Shown: positions 8,635 to 18,166, counted from the first letter of the stretch. The stretch is 64,000 bases of DNA from a bacterium (GCA_021817785.1 JAKAFY010000003.1:4376-68375), one strand, 5' to 3'. Numbers and translations: made by a program. The notes: generated by a model from the sequence alone, not told the origin.

Positions 8635-9357
8635 ATGATACAAAATATGAAAATAAACCGAAAACGCGTATCTACGTCTCTGGTCATCCCCATGTACAAC
8701 GAGGCTACGTATATGCCAAAACTTCTGGCGTCTATCCGCGCATCTACCGTGCTTCCTGACGAAATCATCATCTGCGACAACGGATCTACCGACGACAGCG
8801 TGGCCATCGTCCGGCATGCCATGCATACGCTTCCCATCCGCGTCGTCCATGAACATAACAAAGGCATACGCCATGCCATAGACCGCGCATGGAGGGAAGC
8901 ATCCGGAGATATCATTTTCCGTACCGATGCGGACTGCGTACTGCCCCCACAGTGGATGGCACACGCCCTTTTGCATTTTGCGAACGATCCGCTTCTTATG
9001 GCCTGTACCGGTCCGCTCAAAAGTCCGGACGGCAGCCGGCTGGATATATTCCTCACATTTGCCTGGACGCGCTACCCTGCCATCGCATTTACCTGGCTCC
9101 AAGGCTATCCGCTGCTCATCGGCAGTAACTCCGCGTTCCGGAAAACTGCACTGATCGCAGTAGACGGATACACGACAAAGAAACACGTATTAGAAGATCA
9201 GCTCATAAGCAGGAAGCTTGCCGACGCGGGCATGAAGACCCGGTGGTTTTGGGACATGAGCATGTACCACTCGTCGCGCCGCTTTCACGGCAAGCCGCAC
9301 GCGTATATCCCCTATGTCCTCTCCCTCGTCCACCCCGCGTTCTATGCGGAAAAGTAA
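8635..9357 (+). CDS. family 2 glycosyltransferase (GT-A fold)
   Basis: VIPMYNEA...ICDNGSTDDS...TDADC (DxD) motifs. Confidence 0.85.
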   Translation: MIQNMKINRKRVSTSLVIPMYNEATYMPKLLASIRASTVLPDEIIICDNGSTDDSVAIVRHAMHTLPIRVVHEHNKGIRHAIDRAWREASGDIIFRTDADCVLPPQWMAHALLHFANDPLLMACTGPLKSPDGSRLDIFLTFAWTRYPAIAFTWLQGYPLLIGSNSAFRKTALIAVDGYTTKKHVLEDQLISRKLADAGMKTRWFWDMSMYHSSRRFHGKPHAYIPYVLSLVHPAFYAEK

Positions 9358-9391
9358 CCATCCCAACTCTACAACGATATACTGCATGTAT

Positions 9392-9823
9392 CTAACGTAT
9401 ACGATCCTCAGGAATCATCAATCCAACCGTATCGATATGCCATGCCGCGACAATCCGGTCAACTCGCAGAGCAGATTGAGCAAGTTTCTCTTGCAACCAT
9501 AATTCATCCACAGGACCATTTCGTCCTTTTCTTGCGTGTGAAAGTGCTGCGATTTTAGCTACTCCGGGTATGACGATACTGTCTCGTACTCCTCCTGCAA
9601 TAATGGTCGATCCCTGAGGATCCACATACACCCAAGCCCCACGCAAAGTGCGTAATACACCCGTTGCTAGCTTCCGCGCCAAGTATTCATCACACAGATC
9701 ACCAAGTCTACCTCTGCCAATTGCGCCAAATCCATGTATTAACGTGCGAGACAGCCTGTCGGCGTCCGGTCCACATGCACGGGCTATTCCTAGTAAAATT
9801 CGTTTTTCCTCCCCAGTTTGCAT
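9392..9823 (-). CDS. hypothetical protein (143 aa)
   Basis: Clean ORF with coding-like composition; no motif recognised by eye. Confidence 0.35.
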   Translation of the reverse strand: MQTGEEKRILLGIARACGPDADRLSRTLIHGFGAIGRGRLGDLCDEYLARKLATGVLRTLRGAWVYVDPQGSTIIAGGVRDSIVIPGVAKIAALSHARKGRNGPVDELWLQEKLAQSALRVDRIVAAWHIDTVGLMIPEDRIR

Positions 9824-9942
9824 ATCAGGTAGTATATCAGACTACATCAAGAATACAGTATACCCAGATGCTCGTTAGCACGAATTGACCATGGACACCT
9901 CTATTTCCATAGCTATCGTTCGTGATATAATTAGATTCTGCC

Positions 9943-10019
9943 GCCCCCTTCGTCTAGCGGCCTAGGACAACGGGTTTTCAGCCCGTGAATCGCCGGTCCG
10001 AATCCGGCAGGGGGTACCA
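9943..10019 (+). tRNA. tRNA-Glu (UUC)
   Basis: Cloverleaf by hand: acceptor GCCCCCT/AGGGGGT, D arm GTCT-AGCGGCCTA-GGAC, anticodon stem ACGGG/CCCGT with loop TTTTCAG, T arm GCCGG-TCCGAAT-CCGGC, discriminator A, encoded CCA. Confidence 0.85.
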
Positions 10020-10070
10020 CGCACCATTCGGTGCATGGCTACGCAGTAGACATGCGACGAAGGCAAGTGA

Positions 10071-10106
10071 GGGGTGCACCGTATGGTGCGCCCCTTATTT
10101 TGTTTT
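10071..10106 (+). terminator. rho-independent terminator after tRNA-Glu
   Basis: GGGGTGCACC-GTAT-GGTGCGCCCC followed by TTATTTTGTTTT. Confidence 0.7.
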
Positions 10107-10138
10107 ACTAAACAGTGAAAAGCTCGTATCTTTGAAGT

Positions 10139-10158
10139 AAATCCGGCAGGGGTACTCA
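10139..10158 (+). repeat. degenerate direct copy of the tRNA-Glu 3' end (att-like)
   Basis: AATCCGGCAGGGGTACTCAC versus tRNA 3' end AATCCGGCAGGGGGTACCAC, 120 bp downstream. Confidence 0.6.
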
Positions 10159-10164
10159 CAAAAA

Positions 10165-10190
10165 GATCCCGTCTCATGCGGGATTTTTTG
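10165..10190 (+). terminator. second rho-independent terminator
   Basis: ATCCCG-TCTCATG-CGGGAT then TTTTTT. Confidence 0.6.
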
Positions 10191-10317
10191 ACACTATGCG
10201 TTGGCGGATAAGGACCGGGTACTGTGCAAGAAACGTAACATATAATAGACCTATAGTTGTATTATCCTTACAGGTATAGTATACTATTCCCCACTTTTCT
10301 ATCCGAATTCGTCGGAT

Positions 10318-11001
10318 ATGAGAGGCAACACACATCTCTCTATGCCGACACTCACGCTCGAGGCCCAATGGCCCGAATCTGCCACTGTCCACACCTTCCG
10401 CTTTTCTGCGGATCGGCCCGTCCGCTATGACGCCGGCCAGTACGCCCATTTCCTGATACCGTCTGTCCTGTTGTCTTTGGGCAAACCGACCCGCAAATTC
10501 TCGTTTGCCTCTGCTCCCAATGACCCGGATATCCGTATTACAGCCGATATATCTTCCCACAGCGCGTTTAAGGAGACGCTTCGTTCGCTTAAAACCGGAG
10601 ATACCGTCTCTCTCTACCACGTAGAAGGAGAAATGGTCCTCCCCGATACTGCTGAAGGCACGTATGTGTTTATTGCCGGCGGCATCGGCATGACGCCGTT
10701 TCGGTCGATTCTCCGCGATGTCGAGCAACGGAAGCTTCCGGTGACGCCCGTATTAGTCCAGGTCGGCCACCCACCGTATCTCTATGAAGGGGAATTCCGG
10801 GGCAAACCGTTTGAACAGCACCGTATCGGCCGCACGGATGTGGAGAGCACGTTGCAGGATGTTCTGTCCCGCCATGCGGATTCGCACTATTTTATCGCAG
10901 GCTCCTCCGCGTTTGTCCGCGACACTGCCAATCTGCTAGAGCGCCACGGCGTCCCGGCAGACCAGATACGCAGTGATGAATTTGAGGGGTTGAAAGAATG
11001 A
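10318..11001 (+). CDS. FAD/NAD(P)-binding oxidoreductase of the ferredoxin-NADP reductase / siderophore-interacting family
   Basis: RKFSFAS (RxYS FAD motif), FIAGGIGMTPF NAD(P)-binding motif. Confidence 0.75.
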   Translation: MRGNTHLSMPTLTLEAQWPESATVHTFRFSADRPVRYDAGQYAHFLIPSVLLSLGKPTRKFSFASAPNDPDIRITADISSHSAFKETLRSLKTGDTVSLYHVEGEMVLPDTAEGTYVFIAGGIGMTPFRSILRDVEQRKLPVTPVLVQVGHPPYLYEGEFRGKPFEQHRIGRTDVESTLQDVLSRHADSHYFIAGSSAFVRDTANLLERHGVPADQIRSDEFEGLKE

Positions 11002-11081
11002 TACCTCCGAAGATCATCAGACGAAACATAATCCACCAATAGGCTGTCAGCACCGAGGGTTGGTAAAGACTTCGGTTAGTA

Positions 11082-11119
11082 TGTACATGTGTTCGTCGCC
11101 CACACACCGGGGTGTGTAA
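11082..11119. repeat. 38-bp direct repeat DR1 (TGTACATGTGTTCGTCGCCCACACACCGGGGTGTGTAA)
   Basis: Near-identical to DR2 at 12014; contains the hairpin ACACACC-GG-GGTGTGT; lies about 65 bp upstream of the 11186 ORF. Confidence 0.75.
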
Positions 11120-11185
11120 TTTATGTCTAAATTTGGTAAGCTACAAACTATATAAATTTATAACAGTCAGTTCATTCGCTCAAAT

Positions 11186-11863
11186 ATGGCATCGGGAAAC
11201 AAAAACGAGTTATTCAAATCTAGACCTGGGTTTCTTAGTGAAATCGATAGCTTCAACCGATTTTTATATGAAATACACCCACCAAAACTGGAAGAATTAC
11301 AAACCGTTAGAGATGTTCTTGGAGATAGATTTACTGCTCATTTAGCCGACTTACACGCACCATTGTATGTCTTCAATGGACAATCAGGTCTCAACACAAT
11401 TAGTTATCAAAGTGAAGAACGCGGCTCTAATACCCATTCCTTCTTTCACAAGTATCGCAGAACTAACTATGCATCCATCATAGACGGATGGATTGTTTTT
11501 ATAAATACTTGGAAATCAAATGCCAGTTCAAAATTTCGTCCAAATAAAGCCGCAAGATTTGACTTTATGTTGCTAGACGATTGGATGAATGAAGACAACT
11601 TCCGTTTGGCCAATACAAAAAAATTGAAAGCGGATGTGCGGTCAGCCGGCTTATTTACTAGAGGCTCAAGCGTACTTAGAAAAATTCAAAGCTTAGTATT
11701 AAGTGTGCCCGAAGATTGCAGAATAGACATATATTCAGCAAATCTGCAAAGAGAAAAAATATATAGAAAAATGGTAATGAATCATAATAATATTATTGTT
11801 CACAAAAATTATGAAGATGCGGCATCACCCCTCACTAAGCTGATCAGAAGATTAAATCAATAA
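11186..11863 (+). CDS. hypothetical protein (225 aa), low-GC, bracketed by DR1/DR2
   Basis: About 38% GC against about 55% genome background; no recognisable domain. Confidence 0.5.
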   Translation: MASGNKNELFKSRPGFLSEIDSFNRFLYEIHPPKLEELQTVRDVLGDRFTAHLADLHAPLYVFNGQSGLNTISYQSEERGSNTHSFFHKYRRTNYASIIDGWIVFINTWKSNASSKFRPNKAARFDFMLLDDWMNEDNFRLANTKKLKADVRSAGLFTRGSSVLRKIQSLVLSVPEDCRIDIYSANLQREKIYRKMVMNHNNIIVHKNYEDAASPLTKLIRRLNQ

Positions 11864-12013
11864 TTTTGATAATAAATTTACCCTAATCAACTCCACAACT
11901 CAACAAACAATTTATTACACAATGACGTTTCTAATCCTCTCGACAACTGATAGCTTTTGTATTGATCTACGCTGCACATGGCCGTCCGAGGTGGCCATGA
12001 CTTCGATTCGTTT

Positions 12014-12051
12014 GTACATGTGTTCGTCGCCCACACACCGGGGGTGCGTAA
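12014..12051. repeat. 38-bp direct repeat DR2
   Basis: TGTACATGTGTTCGTCGCCCACACACCGGGGGTGCGTAA; differs from DR1 by one inserted G and one T/C. Confidence 0.75.
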
Positions 12052-12070
12052 CATTCGGTTACTCTCTAAT

Positions 12071-13066
12071 TCATCTTTTCTTCTTTTTCTTCTTTTTACC
12101 AGACCATGTTTGGATGTCAGGATACGACATCGACATTTCCGATCCAGCAGACGGAGGACCTATCTTAAAAGCACGGCGTGCGTTTTCTAAATTTGATAAT
12201 TTTCTGGAAACCACGCCGCCCGCTCCGACCGAAATGCGCTCGTAGATAAACTGATCAGCTTTCATCATGCGGCCGTGCCATGTCCCAGGGTCTTCACCCA
12301 AATCTGTTGACGGTCGACGATGCACTCCATGCTCATCCACGATAAAACCGTCGTCTATAGCCTTTCGTAAGTTGGGAGCCATACGGCTCAATATATCCTC
12401 TCTATCCGCTACTGGCAGCATAAAAAAACGTTGAATTGTCTGGGAAACGCGTGGTTCTTTTCGTTTACGTGCACGAGCACTACCAACTGGATTTAATGAA
12501 TTTATATCCTTAGTTCTTTTCGTTCCCCTGGTCACTAAAAATGCAGGAGCCGGCCTCTCTGCTAACTTGGAAGGCATGTATGTAAAATCAGGCTGTCTCA
12601 GCTCTCCCCGAAAAAATGTGAGTGAATGACCAACGTTTCCTGGTAAATTACGTAGAAATTGTAATAACGGCATATCACCATCTGCCGATTGGATCATGAG
12701 ACTACTCGCTCCCTGCTCTTTCGGAAAATAATATTTGTATGGGACCCCTACCATCCTTTCTCCCCCTGCAGTCACTCGCACTACACCGCGCCCCTGTCCC
12801 TTTGAGTCAGGATGATAGTCTGCTTCTGGCATCCAGTGGTATAACTGAGCAGGCTCTTTGGAACGGTTAGTCACAAGGGTAGTGACTATTTTTCGGAATT
12901 GACCCTCTACAGTGAATACCGTATCCGATGCTGCTGCCGTTATGACACCAGTGGCCCCCATACGCTCAAGCGCGGTAGTCATAACATCAGCCGCATTCGT
13001 TTCTACAGACGTAAAATTTGAAGCACCAAAACTCGAATGATCGTCTATTTCCTTTAGTACTGACAT
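12071..13066 (-). CDS. hypothetical protein (331 aa)
   Basis: Long ORF with no recognised motifs; C-terminal KKKKKKKR arises from a ttttcttctttttcttcttttt tract and may reflect a slippage-prone or artefactual end. Confidence 0.5.
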   Translation of the reverse strand: MSVLKEIDDHSSFGASNFTSVETNAADVMTTALERMGATGVITAAASDTVFTVEGQFRKIVTTLVTNRSKEPAQLYHWMPEADYHPDSKGQGRGVVRVTAGGERMVGVPYKYYFPKEQGASSLMIQSADGDMPLLQFLRNLPGNVGHSLTFFRGELRQPDFTYMPSKLAERPAPAFLVTRGTKRTKDINSLNPVGSARARKRKEPRVSQTIQRFFMLPVADREDILSRMAPNLRKAIDDGFIVDEHGVHRRPSTDLGEDPGTWHGRMMKADQFIYERISVGAGGVVSRKLSNLENARRAFKIGPPSAGSEMSMSYPDIQTWSGKKKKKKKR

Positions 13067-13138
13067 GTCCAGAATTATACTATAGGTTCATAATTTGAAC
13101 AACAAGACGCTTTATACATACCTGATAACCTATCTACG

Positions 13139-13152
13139 CCGGGGGTGAGTAA
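13139..13152. repeat. partial third copy of the DR core (CCGGGGGTGAGTAA)
   Basis: About 70 bp upstream of the 331-aa gene start; same promoter-proximal position as DR1. Confidence 0.4.
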
Positions 13153-13175
13153 TCCTTTACTGATTCGCATACTTA

Positions 13176-13592
13176 TCATCGTCTTCGCGCTTTTACGTCA
13201 GCTTTTGCTTTATTCCAGACTTTTGTAGGAGTCACGATTATACGCGGATCATCAATATCCATAAAATAGCTTAAAACTAGCGCAAAATCGTGTGCAACGT
13301 CTGCCAAGGTATTACCATTAGAGCCTGCGATATTATTGAGTGGGGCAACACCTTTCAGCGCGCCAGCCTTCATTGCTCGGGCAAATCCTATTGGTGCACA
13401 ATATGAAGAGGATGCACCATTAATAACAAATATTTTACCACCCGAATCATTGATTGCGTCCTTTAATTCGGAGTCATCGTCTATACTGGCCCCCACCACC
13501 CAGCCTTGCTTACGACGTTTTTTAGCTAATTCATTTTGACTCGGAACTTCCCCTTCACCGACAAAAACTTTTATAACCTCTGATTTTTGCAT
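13176..13592 (-). CDS. hypothetical protein (about 138 aa), possible Rossmann-like small protein
   Basis: Start placed at MQKSEVIKVFVGEG; alternating beta-alpha pattern (KVFVGEG...KIFVINGASS...) with no firm family assignment. Confidence 0.4.
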   Translation of the reverse strand: MQKSEVIKVFVGEGEVPSQNELAKKRRKQGWVVGASIDDDSELKDAINDSGGKIFVINGASSSYCAPIGFARAMKAGALKGVAPLNNIAGSNGNTLADVAHDFALVLSYFMDIDDPRIIVTPTKVWNKAKADVKARRR

Positions 13593-13764
13593 ATTGCTAC
13601 GGGTAGCGTAACATATTTGCCCATTCCTCACCCGCTTTCATTTTGATTCTCTTCCCCTTCCAAAACAGGATGAAACACGGAAGGGCTGTCGCAGGTTCGA
13701 AGACTCACCCCTGACCCGCATCAGGGCGGCGACGCGAGGTTTGGAGTATAATGCCATTGTATTT

Positions 13765-15210
13765 ATGTCACTAAAGGATTATTTGGATTTTGATCTTCTT
13801 TTTGATTACTTAGAACGAAATATCTATTCTAAGCGGTCTCTAGTTCTCTTCTGTTTTTTATTTCCAGTTATAAGCAGTCTCGCTTTAGACATACTTAAAC
13901 TTTCTCTTAACAATTTCTATTGGTGGATTACTGTTGCCATAGTAGATGTTATCTGGGTGATATTCTGGATTGCGCATCGCAATAAGTATCCCAAGGTGAC
14001 AAAGGGGAAAATTGGAGTAGTGCTAGCCATAGAGACCGAAAATAATCTTATTAGAACAAAAGTTTATAAGGATTTTGTAAATCACTTTAATAAGTTAATC
14101 TTAGAGAACGGTTTAGCGAACTATATTCAACTTATAGAACTTAATGAGTATCAATCCTCAATTTTATCCAACGTCTTAATAAAACATTCGGAATATTTAT
14201 CTCAATTTAGAAGAGATGGATACTTTGATAAAACATCAAGGCCTCAGGACTTGGAAAAAATGCAAGGTAAAATAGGAGGACATTTCTATATATGGGGGAA
14301 AATACGAAAGAGATTAGATAAAGAAAGCAAGTATTTCTTGGATATTGATGGGCTAGTCAGACACATCGGAATTGGAGTAGAAAAACATAAATTAGTTACA
14401 AATAATTTTCTTGAAGCGTGGTTTAAACGGATAGAATTTAGCGAAATATTTGAACTAAAAGGTTTCGAGATCTCTGCTGAACTAGTGTTTCTAGTAGCAA
14501 AGTATATTGTAGGTGTTGCTGCACTTGTATCCCATGACCCCTTGTTAGCACTGACACTTCATTCAAAGCTAAAGGGCGAACTTGCGGATATTTTAACTAA
14601 ATTCAATCCACCACCTCAAAATCTTATTACTATTAGTAAAAAACTAGATTCGTTTATCGCGGAAGAAAATTCATTACTGGCAACTTGGTACATTAGAAAC
14701 GGAAGACCTGACTTATGCGACAAGTATATTCAAGATAGTTTTGCTGCAAAAGCTGAAAATTATTCTGGCTATATTCTTAAAGCATTAAGAGGTTTCCAAG
14801 AAGGGAATATAAAGGAATCTTTTGATTATGTAATGAAGGCGAAAAAAATAGCGGTAAATAACCAAATATGGAGATATGACCTTGCATTCCTTTATATGTG
14901 GGCTGATGATTATAAAAAGGGACTTGCAGAATACAAAAAAATTGCAGAAAAAACTTTTGCAGGAGAAGTTATTACAGTATCGGAAATTATTGACTTTCAA
15001 AAAAAGCTACTAACAACTAATCCAAAATTTGCAGTGAGTTATTTTATATTGGGCTTTCTGTATTATAAAAAATTAAGTAATTTACCAAACGCGCTAGAAA
15101 ACTTTGAAACATTTATGGCTGAAACTAAAAAAATCCCTGCATTCAAGAACTTACGCGAGGTAACGCAGTCGTATTTGTCCGAAATTTCTAAAGGAATGAG
15201 TCTAAAATAG
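13765..15210 (+). CDS. membrane-anchored TPR-like repeat protein (2 N-terminal TM helices), very low GC
   Basis: About 33% GC; N-terminal hydrophobic helices (LVLFCFLFPVISSLAL, WWITVAIVDVIWVIFWIA); Lys-rich C-terminal region with TPR-like helical repeats; TATAAT box just upstream. Confidence 0.55.
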   Translation: MSLKDYLDFDLLFDYLERNIYSKRSLVLFCFLFPVISSLALDILKLSLNNFYWWITVAIVDVIWVIFWIAHRNKYPKVTKGKIGVVLAIETENNLIRTKVYKDFVNHFNKLILENGLANYIQLIELNEYQSSILSNVLIKHSEYLSQFRRDGYFDKTSRPQDLEKMQGKIGGHFYIWGKIRKRLDKESKYFLDIDGLVRHIGIGVEKHKLVTNNFLEAWFKRIEFSEIFELKGFEISAELVFLVAKYIVGVAALVSHDPLLALTLHSKLKGELADILTKFNPPPQNLITISKKLDSFIAEENSLLATWYIRNGRPDLCDKYIQDSFAAKAENYSGYILKALRGFQEGNIKESFDYVMKAKKIAVNNQIWRYDLAFLYMWADDYKKGLAEYKKIAEKTFAGEVITVSEIIDFQKKLLTTNPKFAVSYFILGFLYYKKLSNLPNALENFETFMAETKKIPAFKNLREVTQSYLSEISKGMSLK

Positions 15211-15314
15211 TTCCAATTTCGTCCCAACACCTGTACCATCGTTATCACATTCCCCACCCTTGACTCCAAAAATTGTCCTAGTATATGATTGAACAGTTGT
15301 TCAATTAAACAAGT

Positions 15315-15665
15315 ATGCTTACCACAGAAGATATCAACACTATCAAAGCCGCCGTGGCACGTACCGCGGGCATAGACGCACGTGCGGCGCTGGCCAGGTG
15401 CCTGGCAGACCCAACGTCTCTCAAAATCCTCTATGTGCTGACCCGGAAAAACAATGTGTGCCCCAGCGATTTGGCAGCCATACTCTCACTATCCCTGTCT
15501 ACCGTGTCCCACCAGCTTTCCAAATTAAAGCAGATGGGCGTCGTATCCACTATCCGCCACGGACACATGATATGCTATTCATTGGAACCGACAGAGAAAT
15601 CGGACCTGATCCGAAAGCTCGTGACTATGATCATGGACGGGAAACTCAACGGAGGAGTGGTATGA
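15315..15665 (+). CDS. ArsR/SmtB-family transcriptional regulator
   Basis: Winged HTH: VCPSDLAAILSLSLSTVSHQLSKLKQMGVV. Confidence 0.85.
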   Translation: MLTTEDINTIKAAVARTAGIDARAALARCLADPTSLKILYVLTRKNNVCPSDLAAILSLSLSTVSHQLSKLKQMGVVSTIRHGHMICYSLEPTEKSDLIRKLVTMIMDGKLNGGVV

Positions 15666-15925
15666 ACATAACATTCTATGGGGCGACGTGGTGCCCGGAT
15701 TGCCGCCGGTCAAAAGAGTATCTGGATACACATAACATCCCCTATGACTACATAGATTTGGAAACCGTGCCGGAAGCGGCAGATGAAGTCGTGCGGATAA
15801 ACCATGGGCTGCAATCTATCCCGACCATCGTGTTCCCAGACGGCACCGTATTGGTAGAGCCAACCAATGCTGCGCTGGAAAATGCCGTAACAGCAAACAA
15901 AGATACACTCTCGCACTACGTATGA
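15662..15925 (+). CDS. glutaredoxin-like / NrdH-like thioredoxin-fold protein
   Basis: ATGA start/stop overlap with the ArsR gene, GGAGGAG RBS; MNITFYGATWCPDCRR with CPxC redox motif, 87 aa. Confidence 0.8.
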   Translation: MNITFYGATWCPDCRRSKEYLDTHNIPYDYIDLETVPEAADEVVRINHGLQSIPTIVFPDGTVLVEPTNAALENAVTANKDTLSHYV

Positions 15926-16545
15926 AACTCTTTTACCTGCTTATCGGCATGGTAGCCGCGCTGGCGCTTGCGCTCGTGTCCTACGGGATGCTGCGCGCTA
16001 ATTCCAGCTTGGGACTGCTCTATGTGCATACGTCGGCAACGTATGTGTTTTGGTTTGTAGCGCTTTCTGCCATGTCCGCCATATTGTTTGGCATCAATAC
16101 CGCGCTTTTTGTCTATGAATGGCGGAGGTTCGGTCTGACACGGTTTTTCCACTACGGCGGGGGCGGCATCGGCGCGGTATTTAGTGTATTTGCCTCGGTG
16201 TGCCCGGTGTGCGGGTCTGCCGTGGTGTCTGCTATAGGAGCCATAAGCGGACTGGCCACACTCCCCTTTCAGGGATTGGAAGTAAAAATAGCGGCAACCC
16301 TCGTATTGGTTGCCGCCACAATCTATTCCGTGATACTGCTGCGGCAAAAAAACTGCCATGGCGCCCATTGTCCTGCCCCGCGGGACGATCGGCTGAAACG
16401 CTGGGAACAACGTATATACATCCCGCTTCTCGTTACCAGTATGGCACTCTGTATAGTGGCCGGATGGCAATGGTTCGCGGGAGACAGCATACGCTCGCCG
16501 GAGGCCATGGCGCAGGCGCGGTATAGTTGCACTGCAAAAAAATAA
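15922..16545 (+). CDS. polytopic membrane protein with intramembrane CPVC and C-terminal CHGAHC cysteine pairs
   Basis: About 5-6 predicted TM helices; ASVCPVCGSAVVS motif inside a TM helix; translationally coupled to the Grx-like gene. Confidence 0.55.
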   Translation: MKLFYLLIGMVAALALALVSYGMLRANSSLGLLYVHTSATYVFWFVALSAMSAILFGINTALFVYEWRRFGLTRFFHYGGGGIGAVFSVFASVCPVCGSAVVSAIGAISGLATLPFQGLEVKIAATLVLVAATIYSVILLRQKNCHGAHCPAPRDDRLKRWEQRIYIPLLVTSMALCIVAGWQWFAGDSIRSPEAMAQARYSCTAKK

Positions 16546-16582
16546 TACGGAATAGACACGGAGGATACGCGGTGCGCAATCT

Positions 16583-16864
16583 TTAGATCTTTATCTTCTT
16601 TCGTGGGACATCTTTCGTTTTTTCGTACCAACGATAAAAATCCGCGACATTGGCGTCGGCAGTAAGTAGCAGAGAGAGAACTTTGTCCCGGATGAGCAGC
16701 GACGACACCGATGCATCGGGCACCGTGCGGATCCAGGTAGATACCTGAGCGGCAAGCGCTTTGGCTTGTTCGTCCGGCAATCCCGCGGCTTGTACCACAC
16801 GGACGACTTTGGCTTCTTCATACGCCTCCGTACTTCCGTCGCGTTTCAGAACTTTTTTATCCAT
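16583..16864 (-). CDS. ATP-cone domain protein
   Basis: MDKKVLKRDGSTEAYEEAKVVRVVQAAGL matches the ATP-cone N-terminal pattern (V-KRDG-E-F). Confidence 0.55.
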   Translation of the reverse strand: MDKKVLKRDGSTEAYEEAKVVRVVQAAGLPDEQAKALAAQVSTWIRTVPDASVSSLLIRDKVLSLLLTADANVADFYRWYEKTKDVPRKKIKI

Positions 16865-16995
16865 AAGGATATAGTTATACCATACCTGGCGCTGCGTCGT
16901 GAATAGCGATCGTATCCGGAAGCCACACTATAATATGAAAGCTGACGCAATCTACACAACTGGCATAGAATGAATAACGAGCCGAGTGCAATCCG

Positions 16996-17310
16996 TTAGG
17001 CGAGCGTGGCGTGTTTTGAGAGTTCCGCTGCCGCGGACTTCAGTTCACCGGCCCATACGCGGTGATCGGTGATCCCTTTTTGGTATTCGGTTTCCAGCTT
17101 GTCGTAGACTTTGCAGAATTTCTGGAACTTGGGCTCAAATGCCGCAGTCAAGGGAAAGCGCGTTAGCTGCTTGACGTCTTTGCGGGTAAGTTTCAGAAAC
17201 AAGGTGATGTGCTCTTTCCGCTCCTGAAACCCTTTGAGCGTCCAATCGCTTACCTGCTTTAAGTTATCCACGATGTCCAACACGATTTCTCGCTGATTGG
17301 TGGGAGGCAG
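16996..17310 (-). CDS. hypothetical protein (start uncertain)
   Basis: ORF track extends to 17442 but that part overlaps the HAD gene; the conserved-looking part begins near VTLPPTNQREIVLDIV. Confidence 0.3.
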   Translation of the reverse strand: MPPTNQREIVLDIVDNLKQVSDWTLKGFQERKEHITLFLKLTRKDVKQLTRFPLTAAFEPKFQKFCKVYDKLETEYQKGITDHRVWAGELKSAAAELSKHATLA

Positions 17311-17371
17311 GGTGACATGGTGCGGTTGTCTATTTATAGCTCGTAGTATACCGCATCCGGGCCGGTGTCCG

Positions 17372-18166
17372 CTAGTGACGAAGCGCCGGCGAAGCGAAAA
17401 GCGCCGGTATGACGTCGGCAATAGCGTCCGCACGTATGACATCGTCCGGTATCCCGCCGTTCCGGTAGAGATCCCAAGGGCTTGGTAACCACACTGTATG
17501 CGCTACCCCAGCGGAGCGTGCGGCCAAAATATCGCCGGTCAGATTATCGCCTATGACCAGCACGTCTTCGGGCCGAACGCCAAGCGTGTCAATCGCACGC
17601 TTCCAATCTTCTGGTCCTTTATACCCCCACGGATCAGCGAGCGTTACCGTGTCAAAATACTTTCGTATATTATGGCCATCCAACTTTACCGCGGTCCATG
17701 CCTCGTCCGCGTGGGTGACCACACCAAGATGTGCTGCAGCTTGATGGAATTGTTCCAGCGTCTCTACCGCTCCCGGCATGAGTTCGGCAGGCTCGTCATA
17801 CACGCGGTACAGAATATCCTTGGCCTCGTAGAGTGCCGGCGTGACGCGAGCACCGTACTTTTCAGCCATGAGTGACACGACCGCATTCCACCGTTCGCGG
17901 TGGACGGAATGCGTCGCATAGACATGATCGCTTAAGGAATTAAACGTATCGGAAAGCTCCTTGGGATCCAGCTCTGGATTTGCCTGGGCGACGGATGCGA
18001 TAAATTGTGCCTGAAGTTCCCGATGCTTTTTGTGTGTGTTGAGCAGCGTGTCATCCAGATCGAAGAGCACAGCCTTGATGCCATGGGTATCCAGCCATTC
18101 CCGAAGGGCACTCGCACCCACCTCTTCTCGGGTATTTTGCACCGGTAATCGCTCCGTAGCTAACAT
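17372..18166 (-). CDS. HAD-superfamily hydrolase
   Basis: Motif I VLFDLDDTLL, motif III/IV VIGDNLTGDILAARSAG. Confidence 0.8.
   Translation of the reverse strand: MLATERLPVQNTREEVGASALREWLDTHGIKAVLFDLDDTLLNTHKKHRELQAQFIASVAQANPELDPKELSDTFNSLSDHVYATHSVHRERWNAVVSLMAEKYGARVTPALYEAKDILYRVYDEPAELMPGAVETLEQFHQAAAHLGVVTHADEAWTAVKLDGHNIRKYFDTVTLADPWGYKGPEDWKRAIDTLGVRPEDVLVIGDNLTGDILAARSAGVAHTVWLPSPWDLYRNGGIPDDVIRADAIADVIPALFASPALRH

Noticed and set aside
8335-9186. 283-aa minus-strand ORF overlapping the GT2 glycosyltransferase gene
   Set aside because: Low-complexity His/Arg/Cys-rich translation with no motifs. It is antisense to a well-supported GT2 gene. Only its distal 82 codons (8335-8583), which lie outside the GT2 gene, were kept as a low-confidence small ORF.
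10174-10728. 184-aa minus-strand ORF across the tRNA-Glu terminators and the FNR-like gene
   Set aside because: It overlaps a strongly supported oxidoreductase gene and two terminator hairpins. Arg-rich antisense artefact.
12071-12110. Poly-lysine C-terminus (KKKKKKKR) of the 331-aa island protein as a functional motif
   Set aside because: It derives from a T/C homopolymer-rich tract next to the DR2 repeat. More likely a slippage-prone or assembly-sensitive region than a genuine nuclear-localisation-like tail.
13640-13740. tRNA-like GGTTCGAA segment in a GC-rich patch inside the AT-rich island
   Set aside because: No acceptor, D or anticodon arms can be paired. Probably a promoter or structured leader.
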